Shown here piece after piece: positions 10,720-23,600 of a stretch of DNA of 33,654 bases (position 1 is its first letter; each line of letters opens with the position of its first letter). A program made the position numbers and the translations under genes. The stretch is from Jimgerdemannia flammicorona (Eukaryota). The stretch covers positions 1 through 33,654 of the forward strand of contig RBNJ01000302.1 of assembly GCA_003990765.1 (NCBI GenBank), read 5' to 3'. Below the pieces are notes generated by a model. That model made no database searches and was not told where the DNA came from. It saw only the letters and a list, made by a program, of their open reading frames with translations.

Positions 10720-11060
10720 ACTTCTTGCCTCGATAATCAAACTTGAGTACTTGTTGGCCGATATCAACAACTGCATTCATTTCCTTCATCCAGTTGGTAC
10801 TAAGAATCATGTCATAGGTGACAGCTTCAGTGACAACAGCTTTGGAGATGGAGAACTGAATGTGTCCAAGAGAGATAGTGATATTTCATACTTCTCCAAG
10901 AAGTTGAGTTCAGGCTCCATCTGCTACTATGATGCTAAGGTTGGATGGTCCATCAATGGGCCATTGGAGGGTGTCCAAGAATTGTTTGGCAATGATACAG
11001 ACAGCTGCTTCTGTGTCTATGAGGATTTTCGCTTTTTGTCCTCTAATATCGCCATGTAAG
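10720..11060 (-). pseudogene. Retropepsin aspartic protease
   Basis: AKILIDTEAAVCII (DTG changed to DTE by G-to-A) and MILSTNWMKEMNAVVD (ILG.DW motif). Confidence 0.9.
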
Positions 11061-11669
11061 TAGGTGCTGACATATCTTTCGGCTGCTTGGACAGAGATAG
11101 AAGCTAGTTCTTGCTGTGGGATTGGAACTCAGCCAGTGCTAGACCTGGTGGTTCTCAGTAATTTGTTTCAGATCCCAGCTGGTATCAGTTGCAAGAACTG
11201 CAGGAGAGGGACTTCCATCTTAGCTTCTTGAATCTTCTGCTAGACTTCATTGTAAATGTCTCTAGACATAGTCTTTGGAGTGTACTTCTTCTTAGGTTTT
11301 GGAGCAGCAGGTTCCCATTCTTTTTGTTCCATTTTTTCATCTTTTGGTGGCAACTCATTTATCTCAGGAATATAAGGTAAAGGGGTTCAGGGAGGTGTTT
11401 CTACTTGTTCCTCCTCATGTTCTTCATCCTCTTCTTGGATAATTCTTCTGCTGATATTCCTGGATGGTCTTCCTATAGGTCTCTTTCTTTTTTCTGCTGG
11501 ATAGACTATTTTCTAGATTGTAACCTTAGTGGGGTACAAGTCTAGGTCACTGTAGTCTTCACTGTTACTTGCTTCTTCAAAATCTTCAACAGGATGGGCT
11601 TCAGTCTTCTTGTACTGAGTATCATTCCTTCAGTTCGGTGGTTCTGAGTCCCTTTGGTCACTTCTTTTG

Positions 11670-13132
11670 TTGTCACATTCAGTAGCATAGTGTCCAAATT
11701 ATCCACAGTAGAAGTATTGGACTTGGGCTCTATCTTGGACAGGGTACCTTCTTTTCTCTTACTGGTAATTCCTGTTATCTCTTGGTGGATAATCTTGGCT
11801 CCTCTGTGGTGGGTATCCTCTATTGTCTTGGTAGCCCCAATTTTCACATATGGTGAGTTTTTCAATCTGTCCAACCAATCAGTCTAACTTGGAGCTGAGG
11901 TCTTAGATTTCACTTCTGTCCTTCTTTCCTTTCTTGGCTGACCTTCTTTTCTTGGACCTTTCTTGTCCTTGAAGGAGTCCTTGCAGGGCTTTGACCAGGA
12001 TATCTTCTTTATCTTCCTTCTTGTCATGATCACTCCAGATAGTTCCTTGTCTGATATCAAAGAATCCTTGGGCTGCATCTACTTGCTCTTCAGACCCTCT
12101 GATGCCTAGGGTGCAGACATACTGGGCAATATTTGGGGGAATTCCATTTATGAAGGTCATTGGACCTATGATGTCTTGGTTGGTGGCATTGAACCCAGCA
12201 GAATGCATTCTCTTCTGGATTCTTGTAAAGAAGGCTCTGAGTGATTCTCCAAGATTCATCTTCATTCTCATGATGGATTTCTGAGCCTTATGGTAGGTTT
12301 CATTTCCTGCATACTTTTCAATTAGCCAGTAGACCATGGCCTCATATTATAGCTCATTGAACATTGCTGCTTGTATCTGTCTTGTTAGTTCTGAATCTCA
12401 GTTGTTTGCTATTCAATGGAAAATTCCTCTGACTGGTTCCCTGAGCTGAGGTTTGTAGATGGTAATTTTTCTTTCATCTGAGAGATTCCTTGAGGCTGCA
12501 ATTTCTTCAATCCCATCAAGGAATTCTCTGGGGTCTTCTTCTGGATATCCTGCAAAGGTTGGCAATGAGGTGGCCATTTAATCATCACTATCTTCTGATT
12601 CTGGTTCTGATTCTAGTTCTGATTCACTTTCTGAACTATCACTGGAGATGGGGGTGCTTGGGTATCTTGAAGATGGTGTTCTGGTCCTTGGATGGAGTGG
12701 AATAGGCCTAGATATTCTTGTAGGAGCTACTTCTGGTTCTGTAAGGAGTTGTGGTAGGGGTTCTATTGGTGAGATTGGTGGGACTAGTGTGGGGTATCTG
12801 GCTGTAAAGTATTGGGTCTGTGTGATAAGATCTTCAAGTTCTTGTGCAAGTTCTCCAAAATCTCTAGCAGGGCTGCATATATTGTCTGGTTGATCTGGTT
12901 GGGGATTTCGAGCTGTACTGCCTTCTGGTTCTGGTTGGGATCCTTCTGATGCTGGGTAATTGGCAAGTCTTGAAGTGATTACTTCTCTTCCTGTCCAGAT
13001 GCTGGTAATAACTGGTTCTCCTATAGTAGCAGAGGTTGGTGTTATATCAAATGTATCCAGTTTGACTGTGGGTTCTTGTGAGCTGAAAAGACATATTGAT
13101 TTAAAAAAAAATCTTCCCAGTTGAGCCCCCAA
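11670..13132 (-). pseudogene. Gag with Pro/Ser/acidic N-terminal extension, capsid region and CCHC knuckle
   Basis: ORFs 12578..13132 and 11903..12337 share a frame; MATSLPTFAGYPEEDPREFL at 12577; YFYCG*FGHYATEC (CX2CX4HX4C relic) at ~11675-11716. Confidence 0.85.
13115..13131 (-). promoter_or_regulatory. Primer-binding site complementary to a tRNA-Pro 3' end
   Basis: TGGGGGCTCAACTGGGA starts 2 nt after the 5' LTR; compare the MLV tRNA-Pro PBS TGGGGGCTCGTCCGGGAT. Confidence 0.85.
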
Positions 13133-13133
13133 A

Positions 13134-14492
13134 TGTAATGTGCCTGGCTCAATGGAGGCAAATTACAAGGTTGGGGATTGATGTAGTTTGGCTTGAGCCC
13201 CCAGTTACTTTGTCAAAAGCAACAAAATGTTCTATAATTCCTGAGGTCCTTGGTGGTGTTTAGTGGTATAATAGTCAAAGCTGGATATCTGCAGTTGATT
13301 TCCTTATTGGGATGGGTTCTCTGGGTGTAGCAGTGATTTGTGTGTGTGAATGGGTTTCCTTCTTGGGTCAACTGGGAATGGCAGAATTCGTGTATAGCGC
13401 GACAATCTCCTTGTATGTGTGTGACGGTCTGGCAATTTAGCAGTTCTCCTTATGCATTTTCTGCATGACAATCTCCGTGTAGCGTGGCGGGTTCCTTATG
13501 CAGGACATTCTGATAATTTGGCAGATGACTTGATTCGGCTCTCCGGGAATAGAGGATGGCGTAGGTTCTTCCTGGGACGGTTTACTGAGAATTATACTGG
13601 CAGCAAGTTACTCAATAACTCAGGCTCGCTGGGAACAACGGATAACTTGGATGGCGCAGATTCTTCTAAATCAGCTTCAACTGGGAATACTACTCGGATG
13701 GCATGAGTTATTCCGAATCAGGCTCTTCTGGGAATGCAGATAACTTGAAAACGGCAGATGACGCAGATTCTCCTAAATCGGTGGCTTCAACTGGGAATTA
13801 ACTAGGATTCTTGGCAAGTTACATCAAACACTGGCTTCGTTTGCATGGGGTTACATCATAGACTGGCTTCACTGCAAAGTTGCATCAGAAAGACTGGCTT
13901 GTGGCAAGAATGGTGGTGAAAACTTGAGTTCTTCAGGCTTATCTGGCAAGCGTACCAATAGCATGACTTATTCCTTAAGTGGCGGGTTTCTCTTCAAAAG
14001 GTGGCGAACTTCTTCCTTGACCTTGGTGGCAAATCTTCAGGCTTAGTCTGGCAAGTGTACCAATTAATCTTTGTATCAGAAAGTGGACCAGAGTGGAAAG
14101 GGGACCAATGCTCAATCTTTAGAGGCTTCTTTGGTGTTTGTATTTCAGACTGAGGTTTATTCACTCTTGTCTCTGGGGTAATTTATACAAGTTAGTTGCT
14201 ATCTGGTTACTATGTGGCAAACTATAGATTTGCTACTTCTGGTAATGCTTGGGTGTGTCCTCTGGATACAGGTGTGTCCACAGGACATAAGTGTGTCTGC
14301 AGAACATGAGTGAGTCTACAGGACATGAGTGTGTTCTCAGGATACAGATAAATAATCCTGATCTGGTGTCTTGGTATGGCAGGCATGGGTAACTATGATA
14401 CACTGGAAGTCACATCATGCTGAGTAAGTATGCTAATTGTTCACATCATCTGGCTAAGTTATAATTCAGGTGGTATGTTTTGGTCTGTTACA
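13134..14492 (-). repeat. 5' LTR (1359 bp)
   Basis: Plus strand TGTAATGTGCCTGGCTC...GGTCTGTTACA; adjacent to the PBS. Confidence 0.95.
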
Positions 14493-14496
14493 GTAT

Positions 14497-15866
14497 ATTC
14501 ATCAGATGTATAGCTAGGTATATTATTGGTACTTTTCATTAAGTTAAAAGTATTTTGCTGACCAGGATTCATAGATAATAAGTTTGGTAAATTTGGTAGT
14601 AGAACTGTGATCTATATATATTGCTTATACAAAGAATATATATACTATCACTATTATTAGTTTTGCTAGTATTTATATTGTAATACCTTTTTTTATCTCA
14701 ATAGTTCTTTCTGTTATCTCTATATTGTTAATACTAACTTCTATATTTACTTTTACTACTCTTCTTATTGTTTTTCCAGTAATAACAATTTTTGCTTTCT
14801 ATATTTATACTTGTTGTAATATATATATAACCCATTATACTTAGTTGTTTAGCTGCTATTATATTGTTGAGCTTGGGTTAAGTTTATTAGCATTATTGTT
14901 ATCTATACTTTTGATGTCATTTAGTACTATATCTATGAGACCTGCAGATATGTTTTCATTATTATTGATAATACCATTTTCTTGATATATTTTCTCATTT
15001 ATGAGGCTCATTATCATATGAGTATAATCTGTATATTTGCTACTTTCTTACATAGCTACTATTATGATATGATATACTTTAGAGGATTTCTTATAAGAGC
15101 CAGAACTTTGTCTTTATCTCTTATTCACTATGCTGACATTCTTAGAGAGTTTATCTGATTCATCAGATTATCAATATAACTGATATATTCATGAATGATC
15201 TTCTTAATATCATTTGTAGATTGAATAACTGAGATTTCAGAAAGAATTAATTTGATATAAATATTTGTATGTAATGATTACAAGTTAATATATATATTAT
15301 GAGCTTCATTGAGAGTTAATTAATATAAATACAATGTCTCATAATACTTGATAGTTATTTATAGCATTGTAATTTTGAATCAGTGCTTGTAATCTCATAT
15401 ATTCTATCAAGCCATATTTATTAAGAAGATTCATTATATAGAATACTTAGATCATATAATCTATCCTATTGAAGATTGAGATAGACCTCCTAGTTATATT
15501 TATACTTATAACTAAGACTGTATTTCCTATATCTATTGTAGTGGTTAAATCTATTATAGTAATAAAGACTATCATTATTAGAATACTCATAATTGGCATA
15601 TCTATTTTAATACTTTTATTATTAGATTAGTTATTACTTGATATTCTAGTATAGTATATATTAAAAGATGTATTTATTTGCTATAGCTACTTAGTTCCAG
15701 TGAGGCTTATAACATTTGTTATAAAGAGAGCAATTTTATTGAAGTTCTATAAGTTATATATTTTATGTATTACTAATATATGATATAAAATTAATAGAAT
15801 AGCATAATCACATATTGATATATGAAGTTGCTATTCTAATAGTTTAGAAAATATAATATTCCAATA
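14497..15866 (-). mobile_element. 5' part of the same decayed Ty1/copia: gag, PBS, probable short 5' LTR (~15717-15866)
   Basis: FNRIDYMI*VFYIMNLLNKYGL (copia gag N-terminus relic) near 15410-15475; GTTATAAGCCTC near 15702-15713 resembles the GGTTATGAGCCC internal-tRNA-iMet PBS; tentative LTR ends TATTGG...AACA. Confidence 0.7.
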
Positions 15867-16358
15867 TTACAAGAGATAATGTCATCAGGCTGACATTATA
15901 GGATTTATATCACCAGCAAGGTTATATACTAGAAAAACCAAGAATATTAGTGAGATCATAATGATTTTATACTAATTTCAGCCATCTTTAGCCAGTGATA
16001 TCATACTAGTCATACTAGCTTCTATTTTTTGTTTAGTGTATACTCACACTGACATCACTATGGATATGTCTCAGAAATAGACTAAGAATGCTAAAAATAA
16101 TATAGAACTAATTTAATCTTTAGCCACATTGATGTAATGAAATACTACATTATAAGTCTTAGTCAAAATCTAGAATAATTATCTCATAACTAGTACTGAA
16201 AATGACATTATTAAATAGCATCATTATAACTTCATAATGATACTATTATGGTATTATTTCTAGTAACTTTCTGTCTTATATCTTCTAGCCAATAGTTAGT
16301 TAATATGTAAGGTCCTTAAAAATATATAAATATCTCCAAGCAAGTAACTCAATAAAGG

Positions 16359-16403
16359 ACAGAATATTCACAGAATATTTACAGAATAATTTCCAGAATA
16401 ATT
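16359..16403. repeat. Short 11-12 bp tandem repeat (ACAGAATATTY x4)
   Basis: acagaatattc acagaatattt acagaataattt ccagaataatt; possibly the subterminal array of a decayed DNA transposon. Confidence 0.5.
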
Positions 16404-16797
16404 AAGATATAAAAAGTCTATAATATATAAATATATCTCTGAATAACTTAAACTAAAAAGACAAAATCTAAAAATAGATATCCTGAACTCTATCAATACT
16501 TGAACTCTGAAAAATCTAAATATAATTCTCAGAACTATACTATATCTCAAAAGGGTATACTAAAAGACTTAGACTATAAAGAATTAAAGTTTATAATTTT
16601 TATATTATTTTCTAAGTCTACTAGAAGGAGACTAGATTAATTAGAAGTATAACAGACAGTATTTAGATATTAAGACAGCTACCTTCTCAAGCTACAGACA
16701 TCTGATATAAGTATCTTTAAGTTGATATTAAGAATTATTAACTTAAAGGATATAACTACTAATAATAATGAAGATATACTGTTACAAAAGAGCTTTT

Positions 16798-17697
16798 AGC
16801 TATATAATAGAGAAGAGAAATATATGTCTTTAATGAGTATTATTGATCTTCATATTCACCAACTTTATATAAAAACTATATAATTAAAAGCCAACCTAAG
16901 AGACAAGATAGTATGGTCCAGAAGACAAGATAGTATAGTCTAATAGAGAAGTTGAAGATCACAGTCTTTGGTAAAGCCAGCAAAAGATAGTTCATAATCT
17001 TTCAGTATAAATTTTATATAATCTCATCACTAAGATTCACTAAATGGTATAATAGTCCTATATTAAAAGTAGTTGAAAAAAGTGCTTAGAATAATGCTTA
17101 TATAATAGAGGAGAGAAATAAATACCTTTAAAAAGTATCATTGGTCTTTATATTCACTAACTTTATATAAAAACCACATAATCAAGCATCTGCCTAAGAG
17201 ATAAGATAGTATAGCCTAGGAGATAGTTGAAGATCACAGTATTCAGTAAAGTTAGTAAAAGGTAATTCATAATCTTTTAGAGTAAATTTTGTATAATCTT
17301 ATCATTAAGATTCACTAATCTGTATAATAATTATAAGAAAAATAAAACAGTATTGGTATAAGTAGTAGTTGAGAGAGCAATGCTTAGATAATAGAGGAGA
17401 GAAATACATATCTTTAAAAAGTATTATTAGCTTTCATATTTACCAACTTTATAAGAAAAATACATAGTTGAGCACTAGTCTAAAGGATAAGATAGTATAT
17501 CTTAGGGGATGGTTGAAGATCACAGTCTTCTATAGAGCTAGTGAAAGCTGGTTTACCATCTTTCAGAGTAAATTTTATATAATCTCATCACTAAGATTCA
17601 CTAAACTGTATGATAGAAATAAGGAAAATATAATAGTAACTATATAGTAACTGTTCAGAAAAGGGCTTAAAGCTATATAATAGAGAAGAGAAATATA
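16798..17697. repeat. Degenerate tandem repeat, ~286-298 bp x3 plus start of a fourth
   Basis: Unit starts near 16801, 17099, 17385, 17674; shared blocks GTTGAAGATCACAGT and AAGATTCACTAA. Confidence 0.85.
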
Positions 17698-19627
17698 GGA
17701 GGAGGTAGGAAAGGTGAGGAGTAATAAGAGGAGGATTCAATTACAGTGAACCTCTCAGAGATTGGAGAAGATGTTATTGACCTGAGCAGATTTGCTGGTA
17801 GATTCTGATAATGAAGAGAACTATATAATGGTTCATTAAATACTAATAAAATTACTAAAAATTCCAATAGAATTTCTAATCAATAGTTATAAATACTATA
17901 TAAACTATAAATATATATAGATATATCTAATATATTATATTTTATTATAGCTTTAAATCTCTATAAATATCTTCTATACTTAGTATGTTGTAACCTTAGC
18001 TCAACTTTCTTCAAACATAAGAATAAAGTGATATTCTTATTAAGAAATACTAAGATCTGACTTGTTAACCATTCTGAGCCTAATTAACTTAAGATATAAG
18101 TACAGTACCTTTATTAATATAAGAACCTAAAAGTAATACTTAAACTACACTACTATAACAGATAATTGGAACTTAGTATTTCTTTACAAGAACTCAGAAC
18201 TTAGAACTAATAGTCATCTTGATTATCTTCAACATATAAATCCTTCTAGTATATAGTTTTATTAAATATATTTAATAATTATATTTGGAAATAGAATTAA
18301 TTTACTAAATTATTTTATTGATGATAATTTTTGAGTATCTCACATACTTTATTTACTGTATTAATATTAATTATTTAGAGAGTTTCTATAAGAACTTTCT
18401 TATTGTTATTATTTCATTTCAATTATTTGATTATATGTTTGTATAATTATTAGTATTTATTTAAAGATTAATAGATCTTAATTATATAGTAAGTATAATA
18501 TATGCTATAGCTTTTTCTAACTTTGTTTGAGTGTTTTACTATGGTATTATGTCAGGGCTTATACCCTTTGTTGGGATATCTGCAAGAGGTATGATTGAGC
18601 AAAAAACACAAACTTTATAGAATTTACAAGTTACGCCATTTTACGCGCTGCTGCAGCCAAAGAATATAGAAAATTCTGAATTACAACAGAGATTACCAAA
18701 ACCGCGCTGATTAATATAGATTTCTCCTAACCTCATCATAGTCATTTGATGGGACATTGGCGAGTGGCAATCGGTATTTTGATTCGTTGGATTTACCTAA
18801 TTCAATGTATATGCTTAAATACAGTTCTTCTGGAAAGCATTGTCGGACGCAAAATCAAACTTCGAAGTTGCGCAGTGAATGGAACAATTGCAACAAAACA
18901 AAAAAAAAAAAAAAAAAAGTGATTAACCTCTATCGCCAACACATATAATGTATGGGAAGAGACCGATTCCAGCAGCCATCACACTGCCTCTCCAAATGCT
19001 CCCCAACTGATACTTACTTCGTGTTCGGTCCCCTAAGGTCGTGAAATCCTGTTGTATCAGATCGAGAAGATTGGCCGAACACACATCGCGGTGGTATTAT
19101 AGTTTGAATTATGTACATACATAATTTTATTTTATTTTATATTATATTTTTACATGTTCAACGCTTCGCTGCTTCGTTGTGTCCTGTTGTGATGACGTCA
19201 CTGGGCGCTACAGTCAACAACCCCGCAAATTTTGCATAGTTCCTACTATCTCTTCTGTTTCCCCTCCATCCCCACAGGTCCCCCCCAAGTTTAGCTCGCC
19301 CTTTGAGTATGTACGCCGTTTCGTCTGCGGCATTCGTTTTACTACGCGCAAGTTGTCAGGATTGACAGTCGTCTTCGTGATGATAGTCTCCTCGCTTCAT
19401 GTGTTAAAGGTCCTGAGCAATTCCTTCACCAGGAATAGGGGAAAAATTGGTGGGCGCAGTTGTCCTTCAAAGGACGTTGTCCTTCAACGGCATTGCGTGC
19501 TGTCGGTTACGCCGCCGACAATAAAAAATCGCCGTGCTAGCATGACCTCAAGTCTTGAACCCCGTTCGTCGTTGTGGAGTCAGGTAATCTGTTTTTACGC
19601 AAACGAACACGCGAACGCATACTAACC

Positions 19628-19703
19628 ATCTCGCTGGTCCAAGACAACGACGGCTGCTATCCTTGGGATGCGGCAGATGTGGGTTCAAATCCCACACGAG
19701 ATT
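19628..19703 (+). tRNA. tRNA-like cloverleaf (pseudo-tRNA or SINE head), identity unassignable
   Basis: ATCTCG/CGAGAT acceptor, GTC/GAC D stem, GCTGC/GCGGC stem with 12-nt loop, perfect T arm GTGGG-TTCAAAT-CCCAC; lacks D-loop GG and an adjacent oligo-T terminator. Confidence 0.55.
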
Positions 19704-20659
19704 ACTCTGTATGCAACACGCGTGCTAACTTGAATGGTAGTCGTTTGAAAATCTTATTAAAACATCTACGACTTGTTGAAGGAACCTTCGCAGTTTCTCG
19801 TTCCTAAACCGACACTGTCGTCGCCGCGTTTAGCTTCAAATAGGATCCTTTTAGACGGAACAATGGGATTCAGAAAGTGGAGACACTATTTCGAAGTGCG
19901 AACATCCAACACCTCCGCGTTACACGTAAGGTATGTAAAACCAGAATGGAATGGTCGTGTAATGTAGCAGGTTAGACGTGAATTGGGAATGGTCCTAGAT
20001 ATTCCACCACTTTTGAGTGGCTAATGTTGTGCTCGATCACGACTGTCACTTTTATACACAGAACTTCGATTCCTCTTTCCCATCGCTCCTAATGGCACGA
20101 TTCGGGCGACAATGTTTCCACGACTCTAACGAGGACTTGGACGACGATGCTTCTACGACTCGGACGACGATGAGTTGCGGTACAACACACAAGGAGTGCC
20201 CCTTTTCGAGTGCCTGGATAACGCTCGTCGTTGGTGTGATGGACACGGGGAGTCGGCTGTTGAACACGCTCAATGAGGAGAGGTAGGGTGTGACGACGTG
20301 AAACGGGTATTGAACGTTGCTTATTGTTTGTGAAAGTGATGTTAGGTGAAGCCAACATTTAAACCAGATAATTATGTAGCAGGCTGTTCCGGTTGCATGC
20401 ACCAAGAATACTGTTCAATTTATTTTTTATTTTTTTATAGACAATACTTACCACCACTGAGAATAATGAGGGGGTTCGTTAGAATTCACAAGTCAACGAG
20501 GCAGGAATGTTTTGGGCGTCATGTGGAGGGTGTGGATGTTTTGTCGAGGTGTAAGGTGGAGTGAAATGGTAGATTGCATAATGCTGCGCCTATGCTGTAC
20601 TAGTTTAGCAATCGTTTTCTTCTTCGCACTCATACATCTGTCTATACACATATCGCACA

Positions 20660-23600
20660 TTCATCCATACTGTATTTGTTTTCTCTATGGTTCTCGCCAT
20701 TAATTCATGCCTCCTTTGTCATTATAAACCCTTTAACACCTCCAAAGGCCAACATGAACTCAGCTCCCCTGCCTGTCTGCTACGCTCTGATGTCCCCTTC
20801 ATTGAACAGATACTTCGTTTCCTCCAAGACAACCCCAATGAAGAAGAAAACTCCAACACTGACATTCTAGAGACTTATCTTGCCAACCTGGCTGAAAACT
20901 CTCCCTTGTTATGTACTCCTGCACATATATCAGCCTGTGTTGCTGAGAAAGCCCTGTGCAGCCTAAGGTCTCACAGTTATCTGGCCCAGCAACCTTACAA
21001 CTTTCCCCAGACACTTTCGTCAAAGATAACATCACCCTCCTGCAAGAACATGTCATCATCCAAGATCAGCATGTTGATGAAATCCTCTCTCTGCTACACT
21101 CCTGGTCTGAGCAGTCTTGAGTTGCTGCCCCCAACACTCCCACCTCAGTGATTGATCAAGACTTTATTGATAGGGCTACTGCACCTCTCTTGGCTGTTAT
21201 AGCAGCTATACCTCAACCCTCACCAGCTATCCCTACTTCTACACCTGTAGTGGGCCAAGGCCAAGACCCATCTGGTAACCTACAGGGTGAGTTTTCTTTC
21301 ATACTAACCACTCTCCCAGTAGCTCTGTCTCACATCATTATTTGTGACATAAATCTCTCCCTCAAATATGTACATGTTAATCAACATCTGCTTGATGCCA
21401 TGGTCAATAACTCCTCCTCTGCCAACTCTCTTAGTTGCTTTCTGGAATATAACATCATATCAAGTAGTACTATCCCAAGGTACAATTTATAGAATTCCTA
21501 GATAATACTGGTACAAGAGTCTTTTTATGGAAGCTGTTATCTCTTATCAAAGAACTTCCTAATATTTTGTCCCTCTTTGCTGCTCTTCTTATATATTTCA
21601 GCATTCTTCTTGACATCTATCCCAGCCTTACTAATCCCACTCACTTCTTCACCTATACTACTAACTTTATTCTGCTTTTAACCTCTTCCTTCTAGTCTGC
21701 CCTCCTTACTATTATGTCTCTTTTTACACTAAATATATATATTACAGAAATCACTAATGATAGTATCTTATCAGAATGATGCTGTCAATAGTCTTGGCAC
21801 AACTCTGACCTATTTATAGTTCTCAGTCTACACCAACAGCCATATATCCCCATGACTTCTACTTATGCCTCAAAGTCAAACATAAAATCCTGAGACCAAT
21901 TTTGATAATTCTCAGCAAGCAGCAATGGCTCTACTTTGATATTCAACCCTGGCTCTTTCATGTGGCCAATCTGTTGCTCCTACAATAGTATTATGATCAA
22001 TGGTCTGCCTATGAAGAATCCTGAATATCAACATAAAGGTTACACATATGCCCATATATGTATGCTCCTGATGCAGTAAAGAATACCCATAGATGCAATG
22101 CCCTCATAATCGTACCTATTACTCCTAGAAACTTGCCTCTATTACAACTTTTACCCTGCTCATATCTATATCTCTTTTATCTGCCCCAAATATTACTCTG
22201 TATTACTTACTTACTGTATCTCACAACACTACTAATCTCTCCATTATATATTAGTTCCCAACCCTACCAATTACACTCTGCTCTATATTATAGCTCTGTG
22301 AACTTCAGTACTATCCTGACCAATCTCTTGTCCAGACTGCTATCTCTGCTATCATACAAGAAGTTTTCTTGAGCTTTATTGGTCCTCATCAATGACTTAT
22401 AGGTCTTAACCACTATTCAGCTTTGGACCATCCAGATACTATCACAGCTGACATCACTCATGAGGTTACCACTGAAAGAGTCTGTGGCCACATTTCTTTC
22501 CTCCTATTTCTCAACTTCTGCTCATCACCTCTTAGTGCTATCACAAAGAAGAATTCTACATCAGTATAGTACTATATCCATGATCTGTCCTGGCCCTGTC
22601 AAGGCTGCTTTATCAATAAGGGTATCAATTCTAAAGTCTTTCATCTATCTTATTCTTATTTCAATGAAGTACTTGATTTAATTCTCCATTCTGATCATGG
22701 TTACCTATTATCTAAGGTTGACCTTGCTGATGTATACTGATATATACTTATTCACTCTGCTGACTGAGAGCTCTTGGGGTTTGAATGGTAAGACCAGTTC
22801 TACTTTGATTATTTTGACCTCTTTAGTATATCATTATCTCTATTTCTCTTCAATCTATTTGCTGAACTCCTGGCATAGGCTGCTGGCTAATATGGTATCT
22901 GCTTATTAATTTATTTTATAGACAATATTTTTATTGTCTCTGATCCCATTATTGCCCTACATCACCTCTAGACATTTCTATCTCTGTATCATAACCTCTG
23001 GTGGTTCACCCAAGTAAACAAGATTGAGGGTCTCACTACTTCTCTCACTTTTCTTAATATTAAGCTCAACTCTGATACTATAGAAGCTTGTCTTCCCCCA
23101 GGAAAACCTTCTGCTATTATGGAGAACCTTCTGCTATTATGGAGAACCTTTATCTATGGTCTTCTTGCTCATTCTGCACTAATCTACTATTATAGTCCCT
23201 CATTGGCTCTTTCACTTTTGCATGTAAGATCATTCTATCTGATTGCCTATTTCTCTAGTGTTTCATCAATCTGCTATCATACAACTCCCAATTTTACATC
23301 TATCTTACAGAGGAGTTTTACACAGACATTTGATGGTAGATTGCTTTCCTTCTATCCTGGAACAGTATATCTATCATTCATCCTATTGGGTGGTCACATA
23401 CTACTGATATATATCTCTGGATAGATGCTAGTAGCAGCCTTGGCTTTAGTGCCTTTTTTAATAGCTACTGGTTCTCTGCATTATAGTCATCTGTTCTCTT
23501 TCCACTTGATATTCAATTCAAAAGACTATATACTATCATTGTCACTGGTGCCATATGAAGTAATTATTGGTCATTTCAGCATATACTTTATCATATGGAC

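Larger units (their letters stand above)
4214..14492 (-). mobile_element. Full-length degenerate Ty3/gypsy LTR retrotransposon carrying dUTPase and an extra ORF
   Basis: Direct ~1.35 kb LTRs with TGTAAC...GTTACA-type ends, GTAT at 4210-4213 and 14493-14496 (4-bp TSD), PBS, gag-PR-RT-RH-IN order; many stops explicable by C-to-T/G-to-A changes. Confidence 0.97.

Noticed and set aside
18900..18918. Poly-A tract as a retrocopy tail
   Set aside because: No target duplication or identifiable body found.
19179..20564. Short ORFs in the CpG-rich island
   Set aside because: No recognisable domains or coherent exon chain; a spliced gene cannot be excluded.
23101..23150. 20-bp tandem duplication in the Ngaro pol
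   Set aside because: Simple post-insertion slippage.
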